A stretch of 64,000 bases of DNA from Octopus sinensis (GCF_006345805.1 NW_021835956.1:62001-126000); one strand, 5' to 3'; positions 26,288 to 40,349 are shown, numbered from the stretch's first letter. The notes: a model not told the origin generated them from the sequence alone. Numbers and translations: made by a program.

Positions 26288-26375
26288 CTTTTTCTATTCC
26301 TGAGCGCTATACTAATACATTTGTTTGTTTGTACACCTCCTGCCTTTGTCTTTTGTTTCTTTTCGTAAACTTTCC

Positions 26376-26412
<37 letters not shown>

Positions 26413-26472
26413 CAAACACATGTACACATGTAAATTTATATTATGTATGTATATATTTATATATATATATAT

Positions 26473-26523
<51 letters not shown>

Positions 26524-27453
26524 ATCCAAACATGAACAAAGAGAAAACACAACAACGTGAGGACGTGGAAAGAAAGGAGGAGGATTTAATGTTTCGAGCG
26601 GAGCTTTTTGTCAAAAACATAGAAAAAGGAAAGGACCAATGAAGGGAAGACGGAGAAAGAAAATCGCCAATGATACACATGCTGTCACATATTGAAGTGG
26701 TAACACACACACACACACACACATACACACACACATATATATACCTACATATACAGATACATATATTTATACACACATATTTATACTCACTCTTGTTTGT
26801 ACATAAATGTATTTCGAGATATCCATCTAACCCATGCCAGCATGGAAAAAAGGAATAAATGTAAAATGATGAAGATGGGTGTATTGATAGGGATTTATTT
26901 ATATCCAACCATATTTAAACATTTATATACACATTTATTTATACTCATATTAATACTCAAACATATACATATGTATACATGTGCAAAATTATAGAAGCAC
27001 ACAGATACACAAATATTTATGTCCACATATTCAGGCATACACACACTGTAATTAACATATTTATAAGTCTGTTTATTTATTCATACATAATTGCAACAAA
27101 CATTTCTGGAAATCTTTGCACATACTTATTATACATAGACACACTTCTTATTACCTACATATTTATACTAATACACACACACACACACACATATATTTAT
27201 ACAGTTTTATTTGAATACACACATGCACATGAACTATCATATTTATACAAACCTATTTATGAGCAAATTTTTACATGCATTTATGCATACAGCTGTAAAC
27301 TGCATAAAGATATTTACATGCATATTTATAGAAACACTTATTTATACATATATTTTCAAGCACACACAAACCGACACGCACATTCACATATATAGGTAGC
27401 CATATTTATTTATACATCTTTAAATGCACATTTTCACAAAAATTATATTTCTA

Positions 27454-27750
27454 CAGGTGTGGCTACATGGTAAGATATTTGCTTCCCAACCACATGGTTC
27501 TGAGTTCAGTCCTACTCTGTAGCACCTTGGGAAAATTGTTTTCTTCTGTAGCTTTGGGCTACCAGCCAAAACTTTATGAGTGGATTTAGTTGATGGAAAC
27601 TGAAAGAAGCCTATTGTATATATACGTGGGGGAGGCACATGTGTGTATGTGTCTTTGTATCATTTTGTCCCCTGCAACTGCTTGACAACTGTTGTAATTT
27701 AGGCTCCTGTAATTTAGTAGTTCAGCATAAGTGACTGAGAGAATAAGAGT
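27454..27750 (+). mobile_element. SINE family B copy (diverged)
   Basis: Head CAGGTGTGGCTACATGGTAAG..CCACATGGTTCTGAGTTCAGTCC and body GAAACTGAAAGAAGCC. Confidence 0.7.
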
Positions 27751-27774
27751 GTTTGTGTGTCAATCTGAGAACAT

Positions 27775-28304
27775 GTACCAAGAATGATAAAAATCAAACA
27801 TCCATTCAACATCATGGTGTTTCTAGTGATCACTAGTGATGACAATGTTATTCCTCCATAGGGAAAACCCTATGGCTGGCAGCAGGACTCTGCACCATGC
27901 CACAAGACCAAGAGAACCATGTCATGGTTGTCAGACAATTTCTGTGACCACACCACCCTAACATCTGGCCACTTAACTCCCCAGACTGTAATACCTTTGA
28001 TTATTATGTGTGAGGCACAGCTGAGCAGGAGACTAACAAAACTCCTTGTAACACCAAAGATGAACTGAGAGCAAGGATTATGACAGCATTCACCAACTTA
28101 AACCAGGAGACTGTCCAGAAGAGTTGCAGGAGAGTCCAAAGTTGTCTGGTGGCCATGGTTGAAGCCAATGGTGATTTTACTGAATAAATTTCCTCTTTAG
28201 CATTTCAAAATATTCTTATGTAATTTAAGTAAATATATCTGTTAAAATGAGATGTCAGTGTTATTTTCATTTTGTGTAATTTAGACAACAATATACTCAC
28301 TGTA
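27775..28304 (+). mobile_element. DD37D (maT/mori-type) Tc1/mariner transposase fragment
   Basis: VPRMIKIKHPFNIMVFLVITSDDNVIPP*GKPYGWQQDSAPCHKTKRTMSWLSDNFCDHTTPNIWPLNSPDCNTFDYYV; 37 residues lie between the second and third catalytic D. It has stops, a frameshift near 28020 and an internal deletion. Confidence 0.85.
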
Positions 28305-28515
28305 CCCTACATATGCATATAAATATATAGACACACACACATACATGCACACACATACACACACACACACATGCACACACATACACACACACACACTACA
28401 TACAGCACGTGCTCACATGTATATATGTTGTGCCTAATATAAATGTTCATGACATTCTCTCAAAAAAGAAAATTTGCTCCTCAAATGCTAATGTGAGAAA
28501 TTATTATCATTATTA

Positions 28516-28571
<56 letters not shown>

Positions 28572-29164
28572 TGCATTCTTATTATTCTTATCATTATTAT
28601 CGAAATTTGTTTATATATTTATTCGCTTTGGAATTCAACTCTAGTTCATTTGTGTTGATTTTGTTGTTGGGCAGAAATTGCACGAATACTAAATGAAACT
28701 GTTAGATTGCTAAAATAGGTGTCCCAGGCCTGCTGAGATTCTCAGCCAGCCAACCCCGTTACACACTCATTGGCACCTAAACAATCTACACACATTCCAT
28801 TTGAGTTGGTTGAAAAAGGCTGCAAGGTGTATGACAATTATATTTAGCTAACTGCTTATGGTAATATATTTGCATGAAAATATGCATACAAAAATAACTG
28901 TATCTAAGTGTGAAGATGTGAATGTATTTTTGATGCTGAGTCCAAATGTCTGTATATTAACAGATATATACACGTATAGCTATCTATCTATCTATATGTC
29001 TGTCTGTCTGTTTGTCTGTCTATCCATCTATCTCTTCCTCTCCCTCATTCTCTCTCTTTATTCTTTGTTTGTAGCTTTAATAAAAATGTGTATATGCATA
29101 TAATAACAATAATAATAATAATAATAATAATAATGATGATGATGATGATAATAATAATAATAAT

Positions 29165-29195
<31 letters not shown>

Positions 29196-29258
29196 GTAAT
29201 AATAATAATGGTAATAATAATAATGATAATAATAATAATGATAATAATGATGATGATG

Positions 29259-29298
<40 letters not shown>

Positions 29299-29472
29299 TA
29301 TGACGGAATATTATTCCAAACTTACAGGGAAAAATTCAATTTAGTAATACTAAATCAAATTTCACAAAATATAATATATATATATAAATTAGAAAAAACC
29401 CACCTTTTATCAATTCAAAAATGAAAGATTAAATATAAGATAAAACTTATAACGATGATTAAGTATATATAT

Positions 29473-29532
<60 letters not shown>

Positions 29533-29874
29533 TGTCCACTCTGCAGGGTGATTGGTGTTAGGAAGGGCATCCAGCCATAAAAATCATGCCAAAACAGACG
29601 CAAAAGCCTGGTATAGTCTTCTGCCTGGCTGGCTCTGGTCAAACCATGCTGCCCATACCATCATGGAAGGCGGGCATTAAGCAATGATGATGGTGATTGA
29701 TATACATACATGCATACAAAGTTATTAGTGAAGGATTATCAATCCTGACAAAACACTCTTTAAGCTCTCCGTTAGTATGATATGCTAACAATATCGTTTA
29801 CATTAGTAAAGAACTCCATGCATTCTTTCTACAATTAAGAAAAATGTTATGACTATTATTTTTACCTTGCCTTT

Positions 29875-29905
<31 letters not shown>

Positions 29906-30251
29906 GTTTATCAATTTGAGTTGCAAGATTCCTGATGTGAAATTGTGTATTGAAACAGATATTGTATTTCAGGATGGTCTTATTTTGCCAAATAAACATA
30001 CACACTACATATATTTCTTCACTCATTTATTACTGTTCTTATTTTATTATTTTAACTCATGTCCATTGTCCAGACATCTTTCTTCACATATCTGTGTCCT
30101 CTTCAGTGGCACTTTTCACTTCACATGTTCTTACTCCACTTACTCCAGAAAGAGAAAATTATTACTCATGAAAGATAATAATACTTGTGGCTGCGAGCAT
30201 AAAACTGTGTAGGCAAAATTAATAGATATATATATTGGAATATTTATAAAA

Positions 30252-30444
30252 TTAGGGCACCAACAAGCACCAGCTTAGCTAAAAATAGGAGTCATAAACA
30301 CCTCAAAGCCACAAGAATTAACATTAAATTTTTATAGGCATGGTTAAAAAGAAACTAAGTGAATAAGTAAGGATTGCAGCTTACCTCTGCAAAATTGTGT
30401 TTATGATTCCTATTTTAGCTAAGCTGGTGCTTCTTATCACCCTG
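30252..30444. mobile_element. MITE-like element with ~50-bp imperfect TIRs
   Basis: AAGCACCAGCTTAGCTAAAA(A)TAGGA(G/A)TCATAAACAC occurs at 30264-30301 and inverted at about 30397-30433. The termini read (T/C)AGGG. Confidence 0.65.
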
Positions 30445-30639
30445 ATATTACATATATATATATATATATATATAAGAATAAATGTTTTTATATATAATGA
30501 ACGTGAAATACAGGAAGGGACGAACACGGAACACAGACAAATCATTCGAAGCCTTCAATCTTCAGTCAGACAATATATATACACACACACAGACACACAC
30601 ACACGCACACACACGCACACACACACACATCATCATCAT

Positions 30640-32942
30640 CATCCTCATCATCATTTAACGTCCGCTTTCCATGCTAGCATGGGTTGGACGGTTCAACTGG
30701 GGTCTGGGGAGCCCGAAAGCTGCACCAGTCCAGTCAGATCTGGCAGTGTTTCTACAGCTGGATGCCCTTCCTAACGCCAACCACTCCGAGAGTGTAGTGG
30801 GTGATTTTATGTGCCACCGACACAGGTGCCAGACGAGGCTGGAAAACGGCCACGCTCGGATGGTGTTTTTTATGTGCCACCGACACAGGTGCCAGACGAG
30901 GCTGGCAGACGGCCATGCTCGGATGGTGTTTTTATGTGCCACTGACACAGGTGCCAGATGAGGCTGGCAAACGGCCACGATCGGATGGTGCTTGTTACGT
31001 GCCCACAGCACGGAGGCCAGTCGATGCGGTACTGGCTACGGCCACGTTCGGATGGTTTTCTTGTGTGCCACGTGCCACCGGTACTGGTACCACAAACATA
31101 CAAATTCCATTGATGTTCATCTATTTTGATTTGTTTTGATTTTCACTTGCCTCAACAGGTCTTCACAAGTGTCACAAGAAGGAAGGTATGCACAGGTGGA
31201 CTGACTACGTCCCAGGTAGGGGCCATGGGTTATGGCCTGACTAGTCTTGCCGGGTCTTCGGATGGTGTTTTTATGTGCCACCGACACAGTTGCTAGATGA
31301 GGCTGGCGAACGGCCACGATCGGATGGTATTTGTCATGTGCCCACCGCACTGACTACAGCACTGATGGATTTCTTGTGTGCCACAGGCACTGGTACCACA
31401 AGATACAAATTCCATTGATGTTCATCTATTTTGTCTATTTTGATTTGATTTGATTTGATTTTCACTTGCCTCAACCGGTCTTCACAAGTGTCACAAGAAG
31501 GAAGGTATGCACAGGTGGACTGACTAGTCTTGCCGGGTCTTCGGAAGGTGTTTTTATGTGCCACCGACACAGGTGCCAGATGAGGCTGGCGAACGGCTTT
31601 GATCGGATGGTGTTTGTTACGTGCCCACAGCACGGAGGTCGGTCGATGCGGAACTGGCTACGGCCACGTTCGGATGGTTCTCTTGTGTGCCACTGGCACT
31701 GGTACCACAAAGTGTGTGCCACCGGCACTGGTACCACAAAGATACAGATTCCATTGATGTTCATCTATTTTGATTTGTTTTGATTTTGATTTTCACTTGC
31801 CTCAACAGGTCTTCACAAGTGTCACAAGAAGGAAGGAATGCACAGGTGGACTGACTACGTCTCAGGTAGGGGCCATGGGTTATGACCTGACTAGTCTTGC
31901 CGTGTCTCGGATGGTGTTTTTATGTGCCACCGACACAGGTGCTAGATGAGGCTGGCGAACGACCACGATCGGATGGTGTTTGTCATGTGCCCACAGCACG
32001 GAGGCCAGTCGATGCGGTACTGGCTACGGCCACTTTCGGATGGTTTTCTCTTGTGTGCCACCGGCACTGGTACCACAAAGATACAAATTCCATTGATGTT
32101 CATCTATTTTGATTTGTTTTGATTTGATTTTGATTTTGATTTTCACTTGCCTCAACAGGCCTTCACAAGTATCACAAGGAGGAAGGTATGCACAGGTGGA
32201 CTGACTACGTCCCAGGTAGGGGCCATGGTTTATGGCCTGACTAGTCTTGCCGGGTCTTCGGATGGTGTTTTTATGTGCCACCGACACAGGTGCTAGATGA
32301 GGCTGGCGAACGGCCATGACCGGATGTTGTTTGTTATGTGCCCACAGCACGATGGCCAGTGATGCGGTACTGACTACGGCCATGTTCGGATGGATTCTTG
32401 TGTGCCACCGGCACTGGTACCACAAGCGGTACTGACTACTTTTTATGTGCCACCGACACAGGTGCTAGATGAGGCTTGCGAACGGCCACGACCAGATGGT
32501 GTTTGTTATGTGCCCACAGCACGATGGCCAGTGATGCGGTACTGACTACGGCCACGTTCGGATGGATTCTTGTGTGCCACCGGCAATGGTACCACAAGCG
32601 GTACTGACTACGGCCACGTTCGGATGGATTCTTGTGTGCCACCGGAACTGGTACCACAAAGATACAAATTCCATTGATGTTCATCTATTTTGATTTGTTT
32701 TGATTTTCACTTGCCTCAACAGGTCTTCACAAGTGTCACAAGAAGGAAGGTATGTACAGGTGGACTGACTACGTCCCAGGTAGGGCCCACGGGTTATGAC
32801 CTGACTAGTCTTGCCGGGTCTTCGGATGGTGTTTTTATGTGCCACCATGTTCCCACAGCACGGAGGCGAGTCGATGCGGTACTGGCTACGGCCACGTTCG
32901 GATGGTTTTCTTGTGTGCCACAGGCACTGGTACCACAAAGAT
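30640..32942 (-). repeat. Higher-order tandem array derived from an RTE LINE 3' end
   Basis: Conserved RTE tail at 30640-30800, then subunits A (~62 bp), B (~67 bp) and C (~180-235 bp) in the order AAAB-C-AB-C-AB-C-AB-C-AB..-C. Each subunit ends CGGATG and starts GT..T..TGTGCC. Confidence 0.9.
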
Positions 32943-32976
32943 ATATATATATATATACACACACACACATACACAC

Positions 32977-33010
<34 letters not shown>

Positions 33011-33104
33011 ATATGATTAAGGGTTTAGCAACAAGTTGCTTCACCACATACTGAAAATTTTGAAATAGCAGCCAAAAACAGCTAATTCCTTTTAACTACA
33101 AATA

Positions 33105-33491
33105 AGGAGGAAGCACTCCGTCGGTTACGACGACGAGGGTTCCGGTTGATCCGATCAACGGAACAGCCTGCTTGTGAAATTAACGTGTAAGTGGCTGAGC
33201 ACTCCACAAACACGTGTACCCTTACCGTAGTTCTCGGGGATATTCAGCGTGACACAGAGAGTGACAAGGCCGGCCCTTTGAAATGCAGGTACAACAGAAA
33301 CAGGAAGTAACAGTGAGAGAAAGTTGTGGTGAAAGAGTACAGCAGGGATCATCACCATCCCCTGCCGGAGCCTCATGGAGCATTAGGTGTTTTCGCTCAA
33401 TTAACACTCACAACGCCCGGTCTGGGAATCGAAACCGCGATCCTATGACCGCGAGTCTGCTGCCCTAACCACTGGGCCATTGTGCCTCTGC
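33105..33491 (-). mobile_element. tRNA-derived SINE family C, full length, 12-bp TSD
   Basis: Head GCACAATGGCCCAGTGGTTAGGGCAGCAGACTCGCGGTCATAGGATCGCGGTTTCGATTCCCAGACC. TSD TAACTACAAATA at 33093-33104 and 33492-33503. Confidence 0.9.
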
Positions 33492-34310
33492 TAACTACAA
33501 ATATGACTCCACAGACAACAATATTTGTAACTCACATAGGCAAAAAGAAGAAAAAATAACGAAATCAAACAGTCTACAGTTAATTATGGATGCGTTTCTG
33601 AATTAGAATTATACAAATTCATTTCCTTCATCGGCATAATATTTTGAGAATTATAAACTTAAAAATGGTAAAAAAACCTACCCTTTGCATCTTCGTCCAA
33701 GCACAATCGAAACATAACACAAGGTAGTCAGCACTTCCAAATTTATATAGATGAGTGATTTCATATTTTCCCTCCAAGATTACCATGTGCGTCACAAGAT
33801 AGTACCACAGAAAAAAAACTGCAGTTTGCCATCAGGGAATGAAATAATCATTACAGATATAGGGTAAAGAATTATTAATTTAATAATTAATAAATTTTAC
33901 CAAGTAGTTTCGGTATGGAAAAAAACCATTATCGGTAAAACTTGTACAAAAAGTTTTTTTTATATAATTACAAATATAATTAAGGGTTTAGCAGCAAGTT
34001 GCTTCATTACATACCGAAAATTTTGAAATATATATAGCAAATTAATAAGTAAATAAATAAATAAATAAAAATAAATGAATAAATATAAATGAGTGTAAAA
34101 ATACTAAACCCTTACAGCTGTTTCTACTATGGGATTGTCCAATCTTCCAAGTTTTCCACATCACAGCAATGATATATGGGGATTTTACAAAGGTTGAACA
34201 AACATTGGACAGGGTTGGGACAATGGTTGAGCCCCAAGGCTTCATCAGAGAGACCAAATGTTAGGAAACTAACATGTGGGGAAGTAAATTAAAATGGTAA
34301 TGTAAAATAT

Positions 34311-34542
34311 AGGCGGCAAGCTGGCAGAAACGTTAGCACGCCTGGCGAAATGCTTAGCAGTATTTTGTCTGTCGTTATGTTCTGAGTTCAAATTCCGCCG
34401 AGGTCGACTTTGCCTTTCATCCTTTCGGGGTCGATAAATTGAGTACCAGTTACGCACTGGGGTCGATGTAATCGACTTAATACCTATGTCTGTCCTTGTT
34501 TGTCCCCTCTGTCTTTAGCCCCTTGTGGGTAATAAAGAAATA
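34311..34542 (+). mobile_element. SINE family A, young copy, 13-bp TSD
   Basis: TSD GGTAATGTAAAAT at 34296-34308 and 34543-34555. Confidence 0.9.
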
Positions 34543-34819
34543 GGTAATGTAAAATTTTTAAAAAATGATATAATAGAAATACTAAAGAATGGCAAGAATG
34601 TCATTCAAAGGAGCTATCATAATCCATGCTATTACATCTTATGGTAAAGAAAGTCACTTCCAGGAGGAATTTCCGCTTTCGTACATTCATTTATTCTTAG
34701 TTGTTTATTTGGATCACTTATACATATATAAAAAGATATAACTGAATGTTTAAAGGCTGATGTTTGTCAATTGTTTATCCCCTCCATTTTTTGATTTGCA
34801 CTATATACATATATATATC

Positions 34820-34900
<81 letters not shown>

Positions 34901-35261
34901 ACGTATATGTATGTATATATGTATATGTATATATATATATATGTCCCGATACTGTTGGTATCTACTTATCAAATTTGAGCGCAATCAGATGGAGGATGCT
35001 CGAGATCCTAGAAGACACACACACACAGAACGGATTTTATATAATATATATATATATGTCTATACATTTGAGTATATGTATATATATATATATATATATA
35101 TACTTATGTATATATATATATATATACACATATATATATATATATACACATATATATATATACATATACATATGTATATAGATATATATACACATATTCA
35201 TATATATATACATGTACATATGTATATACATATATATGCATACATATGTATACACATATGT

Positions 35262-35302
<41 letters not shown>

Positions 35303-35350
35303 TACATATATATACATATATATATGCATATATATATTTATATATATATG

Positions 35351-35391
<41 letters not shown>

Positions 35392-35676
35392 ATGTATGTT
35401 TGTATGTATCCGTGTGTATATATATTTTATCTTTTTCATATTTCACTCATTAGATAGGTGCCATACTGGGGCAGTGACTTGAAGAATCTACCTCAGTACT
35501 TATTTTCTTTTTTGAAGCCTATTTGCTATTCTATAAGTATATATATTGATAAGTATTATTTATAAAGGTGTAGCTCCAGGTATGGTTGTATGGGCAAGTG
35601 TCTTCAACTATAGCACCAGGCTATCTAATGTCTTGTGGGTCACATTAGTTGTCAGACACACTCAGAAACTCATTAC

Positions 35677-35709
<33 letters not shown>

Positions 35710-36349
35710 TGTATGTATGTATGCATGTATGCGTGTATGCATGCATGAATATTTGTGTGTATATGTTTGTTTCATTGTTCTGACATTGAGTGATTTTTTT
35801 TTGAACGTCAGTCATTTCCTGTATCCTATGAATTACGTGTCAGCTAACCAGGGAAATATTACCTTGCTTGAAGACAGGTAAGTGTTGGCATCAGGAATGG
35901 CACCCATCTATAGAAAATCTGTGAAAATAAACTTCATCTGATCCATGAAAGCATTGGAAATTGGATGCCAAAATGATGTAGATGATAAAAATGATGATAT
36001 GTGTATGTGTATATATATATAATATATATAACAACAAATAATAAGTACGCATATATATTTGTAATAATACACACATACATATATATGTAAAAATATGTAA
36101 CATATCTGAGTTTGTGTGTATATGTGTGTGTGTATATATATATATATACACACACACAAAAGGGTTTGTATGATTGTGTATAGAAGAATATATTACTCAA
36201 ATGAATTCCAACTCTGTCTATTTTTCATGTTTTATTTATAATCTTCTAATATTAATATAAGATATAAAATAATATAGTAAAAAGAAATGAAATGAAGTAT
36301 TAATTGTCTATTCTTTTTGAACAAATGAAATATTAAATGTACATTCTTA

Positions 36350-37790
36350 CTGAACTTGTATACTTTTTCGCCTTTATGCAATCTTCAGGTTCATATGGTG
36401 GTGGTGACAGTCGTGTTCATCAGTTTCAACTGTGGTGACTGGTTTAAATTTTGTCCTTTTTATACATTCCTGTGGATAGAAGTAGTAGTTGCTTGGCTAC
36501 TTTTAGAAATGATGCCATACCATTTTTCAGGCTTTATTTTTAGAAATGATGACAGCAGTACTTTTTTCAGATTTTTATTTTTGGTTATGGGGATAAGACT
36601 TTTAAACCTTAAATAAGATTATTTTTTATCATTGTTTATTAAGCTTAGGTTTGGATTTATTAATAAAGTCCTTTTCTCTCAGTTTTCTCTTCATTTTCTT
36701 CGGATCGTATAGTTTATGAAATGGAAATATTATAAATATATATATATTATAAATATTTTCCAGCCACATGTTGCTAGGTGGGTACTCAGCAGTATTTGGC
36801 AGATTTCAGGATTTTTAATTTGTTGTCAGTGCACATGTGAGCGTTCTGGTAGAGCATTGCCTGTCTGGCTAGCATACAGTTCTTCACAATTCGGGCATTT
36901 GATGCAGTAGATTAGATTTCTGCTTTTACAGTTCATATTTGCATTTGTGAATATTTTCCGTTTTTTATGTTCATATATGGGGCGGTATGAATTAATTGGC
37001 ATGTAGCACATCGCCTATCATTGCATTTAGACACAGTGAATGGTTGGTCTTTGTTGCTAAGGTCAAATCTTGCCTTTGTTAACTTTTTCAAGCTTTTAGG
37101 CTCTCTTTTACTGAGAGTTATAGTTTTGTCTGTAATGATATCTCTTAATTCCTTACTTTGAGCAATGATTGGTAGGTTTGCTTTAGCGATATTGAAGATG
37201 TTCTGGTGGCATGGATTGTGCGTCACTATAAATGGTATGATTTGTTCTTGTTTTTCTTTTCTTTGTGATGTCCTCAGTTGTTGTGTGGGTATTTTCATAG
37301 CCCACTAAATACCATTTTCTATAAGTAGTGATGGGTATTTTTGTTTGAGCAGAAATTCTTTCAGTCCCATCAGGTGCTGATTCCTAATCTTCAAATCTTC
37401 TACAATGGTACAGATTCTTCTGGTTAAACAGAATGGGATGTTACGTTTTGTATGCTGTGGATGGCACAATTTAAAATTCAGGTATTGATGTGTATCTGTG
37501 TGTTTATAATATATATCTGTGGTAATGGTGATGTTCTTTTAATTAACATTATATCAAGGAATGGTAATTTGGTACTGCTCATCTCCTTTGTAAATTTGAT
37601 GGAAGGGTGTAGGTTGTTCAGGAGGATATTGAATTCTTCTACAGTGATTTAAGACTTTGTCCAAATTATGAAGCAATTATCGAGGTATCTCTTCCATGCC
37701 TTTCAATATACTTACTAAATTCAGTACTATATCTCTCCTTTATTCCCTGGTAAAGTTTTTGTTCTAAGTATCCCATCACCTACTTCACAT
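36350..37790 (-). mobile_element. Penelope-like element relic (RT C-half plus GIY-YIG endonuclease)
   Basis: WKRYLDNCFIIW (RT YxDD region), LNNLHPSIKFT, KLPFLDI, TDIYYKHTDTHQYL, IPFIVTHNP, CNDRRCATC and MNCKSRNLIYCIKCPNCEELYASQTG (GIY-YIG). Frameshifts and stops are present. Confidence 0.9.
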
Positions 37791-37822
37791 GTGTGTGTGT
37801 GTATAAGTAAACATATGCCTTC

Positions 37823-37868
<46 letters not shown>

Positions 37869-38192
37869 ACACACATATTTTATATTATGTATAAATTTAT
37901 ATATATATATATAGTATATATATATTTTAACATATATATTTATATATAACTTTATATGTAAAAATTGCATGTATATGTTTGTGTGTGTATGTATACATAT
38001 TGATATATATATGTGTGTGTGTGCATAACAGATGTTAAAAGATGATGATGATGAATGATGATGATATACATACATATACACATATGTATATAATATAAAT
38101 ATATTAGTATGTATATTGCTGTATCTCAGAAGTCTTTATGTCAAGAATGCTAAAATGAAATGTGTATATATTGGCATATATATTCTTCTATT

Positions 38193-38593
38193 CTCTTTTA
38201 CTCTTTTACTTGTTTCAGTCATTTGACTGTGGCCATGCTGGAGCACTGCCTTTAATCGAGCAACTCAATCCCGGGACTTATTCTTTTGTAAGCCCAGTAC
38301 TTATTCTATTGGTCTCTTTTGCCCAACCGCTAAGTAACGGGGACATAAACACACCAGCATCGGTTGTCAAGCAATGCTAGGGGGACAAACAGAGACACAC
38401 AAACACACACACGCATATTTATACATATATACGACGGGCTTCTTTCAGTTTCTGTCTACCAAATCCACTCACAAGGCTTTGGTCGGCCCGAGGCTATAGT
38501 AGAAGACACTTGCCCAGGTGCCATGCAGTGGGATTGAACCCGGAACCATGTGGTTGGTAAACAAACTACTTACCACACAGCCACTCCTGTGCC
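38193..38593 (-). mobile_element. SINE family B, young copy
   Basis: Near-identical to 899-1287. Confidence 0.85.
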
Positions 38594-38642
38594 TATATAT
38601 ATATATACGTTTGTGTATATTTGAATGTGCATATGCATATAC

Positions 38643-38687
<45 letters not shown>

Positions 38688-38709
38688 TATGTATATATAT
38701 GCTTTATCT

Positions 38710-39115
38710 TCTATTTGTTTCAGTTATTAGGCTGTGACCATGCCATGGCACCACGTTGAAGAATTTTAGTTGAATGAATTGAACCAAGAACTTATTATTT
38801 TTTAAGCCTGTAACTTATTCTATCAGTCTTTTTTTTTTGCCATACTACTAAGTTATAGGGATGTAAACACACCGACACTGGTTGTCAAATGGTGGTGAGG
38901 ACAAACCCAGGAACAAAGACACACACACATACACACACCCATATATATATATATATATATACATGACAGGCTTCTTTCAGTTTCCATCAACCAAAACCAC
39001 TCACAAGGCTTTGGTCAGCCTGCGGCTACAGTAGAAGACACTTACCCAAAATGTCATGCGTTAGGACTGAACCCAGAACCATGTTGCTGGTGAGCAAACT
39101 TCTTAGCATACAGCC
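38710..39115 (-). mobile_element. SINE family B, older copy
   Basis: Same architecture, more diverged. Confidence 0.75.
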
Positions 39116-39242
39116 AAAATTGTACTTGCTGTGTATCTATATCTATGTGTGCATTAGAGATACTATATGTATAGATATATATATTATGTAACCTATTAAA
39201 ATATATGCATGTGTGTGTGTGTTTATAATTTGCATAGGAATG

Positions 39243-39280
<38 letters not shown>

Positions 39281-40349
39281 ACATAATATTCTATGCTTTA
39301 ACATTTATAGACACATGTACACACACACTCACACATAATTTTCACCCTCTTATACATATACATGAGAAGTAATAAGGGAAGAGTAAAATATTTTAAATGA
39401 ATTCCAATTAAAATATTTTAAAATTACATTTTCGTTTTAGTTCGGCTGTTTTATTTTAAATAACACATTTCTTTTTTTTTTTTCCTTCTTGAGAATTCCT
39501 TTTTCAATCTACTTTATCTTCATTTTAAAATCATTGTTATTATTCATGTGAAAATTGCATTCCTCATTACTACTGGCTGCAAGTGTTACATAAAAATAAG
39601 AATGGTCAGCTAGGAAGTATGTGAGCTATTCATAGTGTGTAGAGTAATGTGGTCAGTAGCAAGCCAGTGTGACATCACTGGGCAAGAGGCAGTGGAATGT
39701 TGTTGGTTTTCTTTCTAGTTTAGATTTTCACATACTACCTGTGCTGCTCAGTAATTTCTATCGAAACGGATTTAGATTTTAATTTGAAAACTGGTTATTA
39801 AAAGGTCAACTAGTTGGCTTTGCTATGTGATCATTGTGTCATTCATAAAAGGCTTAGATATTTCAACTTTCTGGATTTTCGTATGGCCCCTGGTCATCAT
39901 GGTGTGAAATTGTCAACCCAGTATGATAGCAAAACTAGTAAATATTCAGCAAGCTGACCATTCCCTCTCCACCATTCCATTGGCATAGTGGCTGCAGCTG
40001 CTGCCCAGTCATTCACAGTGCAAGGAAGTTAATTTGACCACTGGTCACTATGGCTGAAATGGTCAGCTAGACATCAGGTTATGCATAGACATTCTTCTGG
40101 TCTGGATTACCATGCTAGTTCATCCCTAATCAATATTTGTTTCTCATCCCTTTCATATTTCTTCACTCTTCTTGTTATTCTTGTACAAGTCCAGAGTGTC
40201 TGTGGAATGGTCAGTGTGTCTACTGAATGGTAGTAGCGAGGTAAATTGTTACTATATTACTATAGCTGTTTCATTACTATTAAATGTTCAGTGTGAAGCA
40301 CTCTGAATAATCAAGGAAAGACTGCATTCCTTTTCAGCAGACAGACAGT

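Noticed and set aside
30800-32942. CRISPR-like look of the array (constant borders, variable interiors)
   Set aside because: The interiors repeat instead of being unique spacers, the DNA is eukaryotic, there are no cas genes, and the units are homologous to an RTE 3' UTR.
33420-33491. tRNA-like sequences at SINE heads (also about 48370-48440 and 51316-51390)
   Set aside because: Each continues into a SINE body, one has a TSD, and I could not fold a complete acceptor stem; these are not bona fide tRNA genes.
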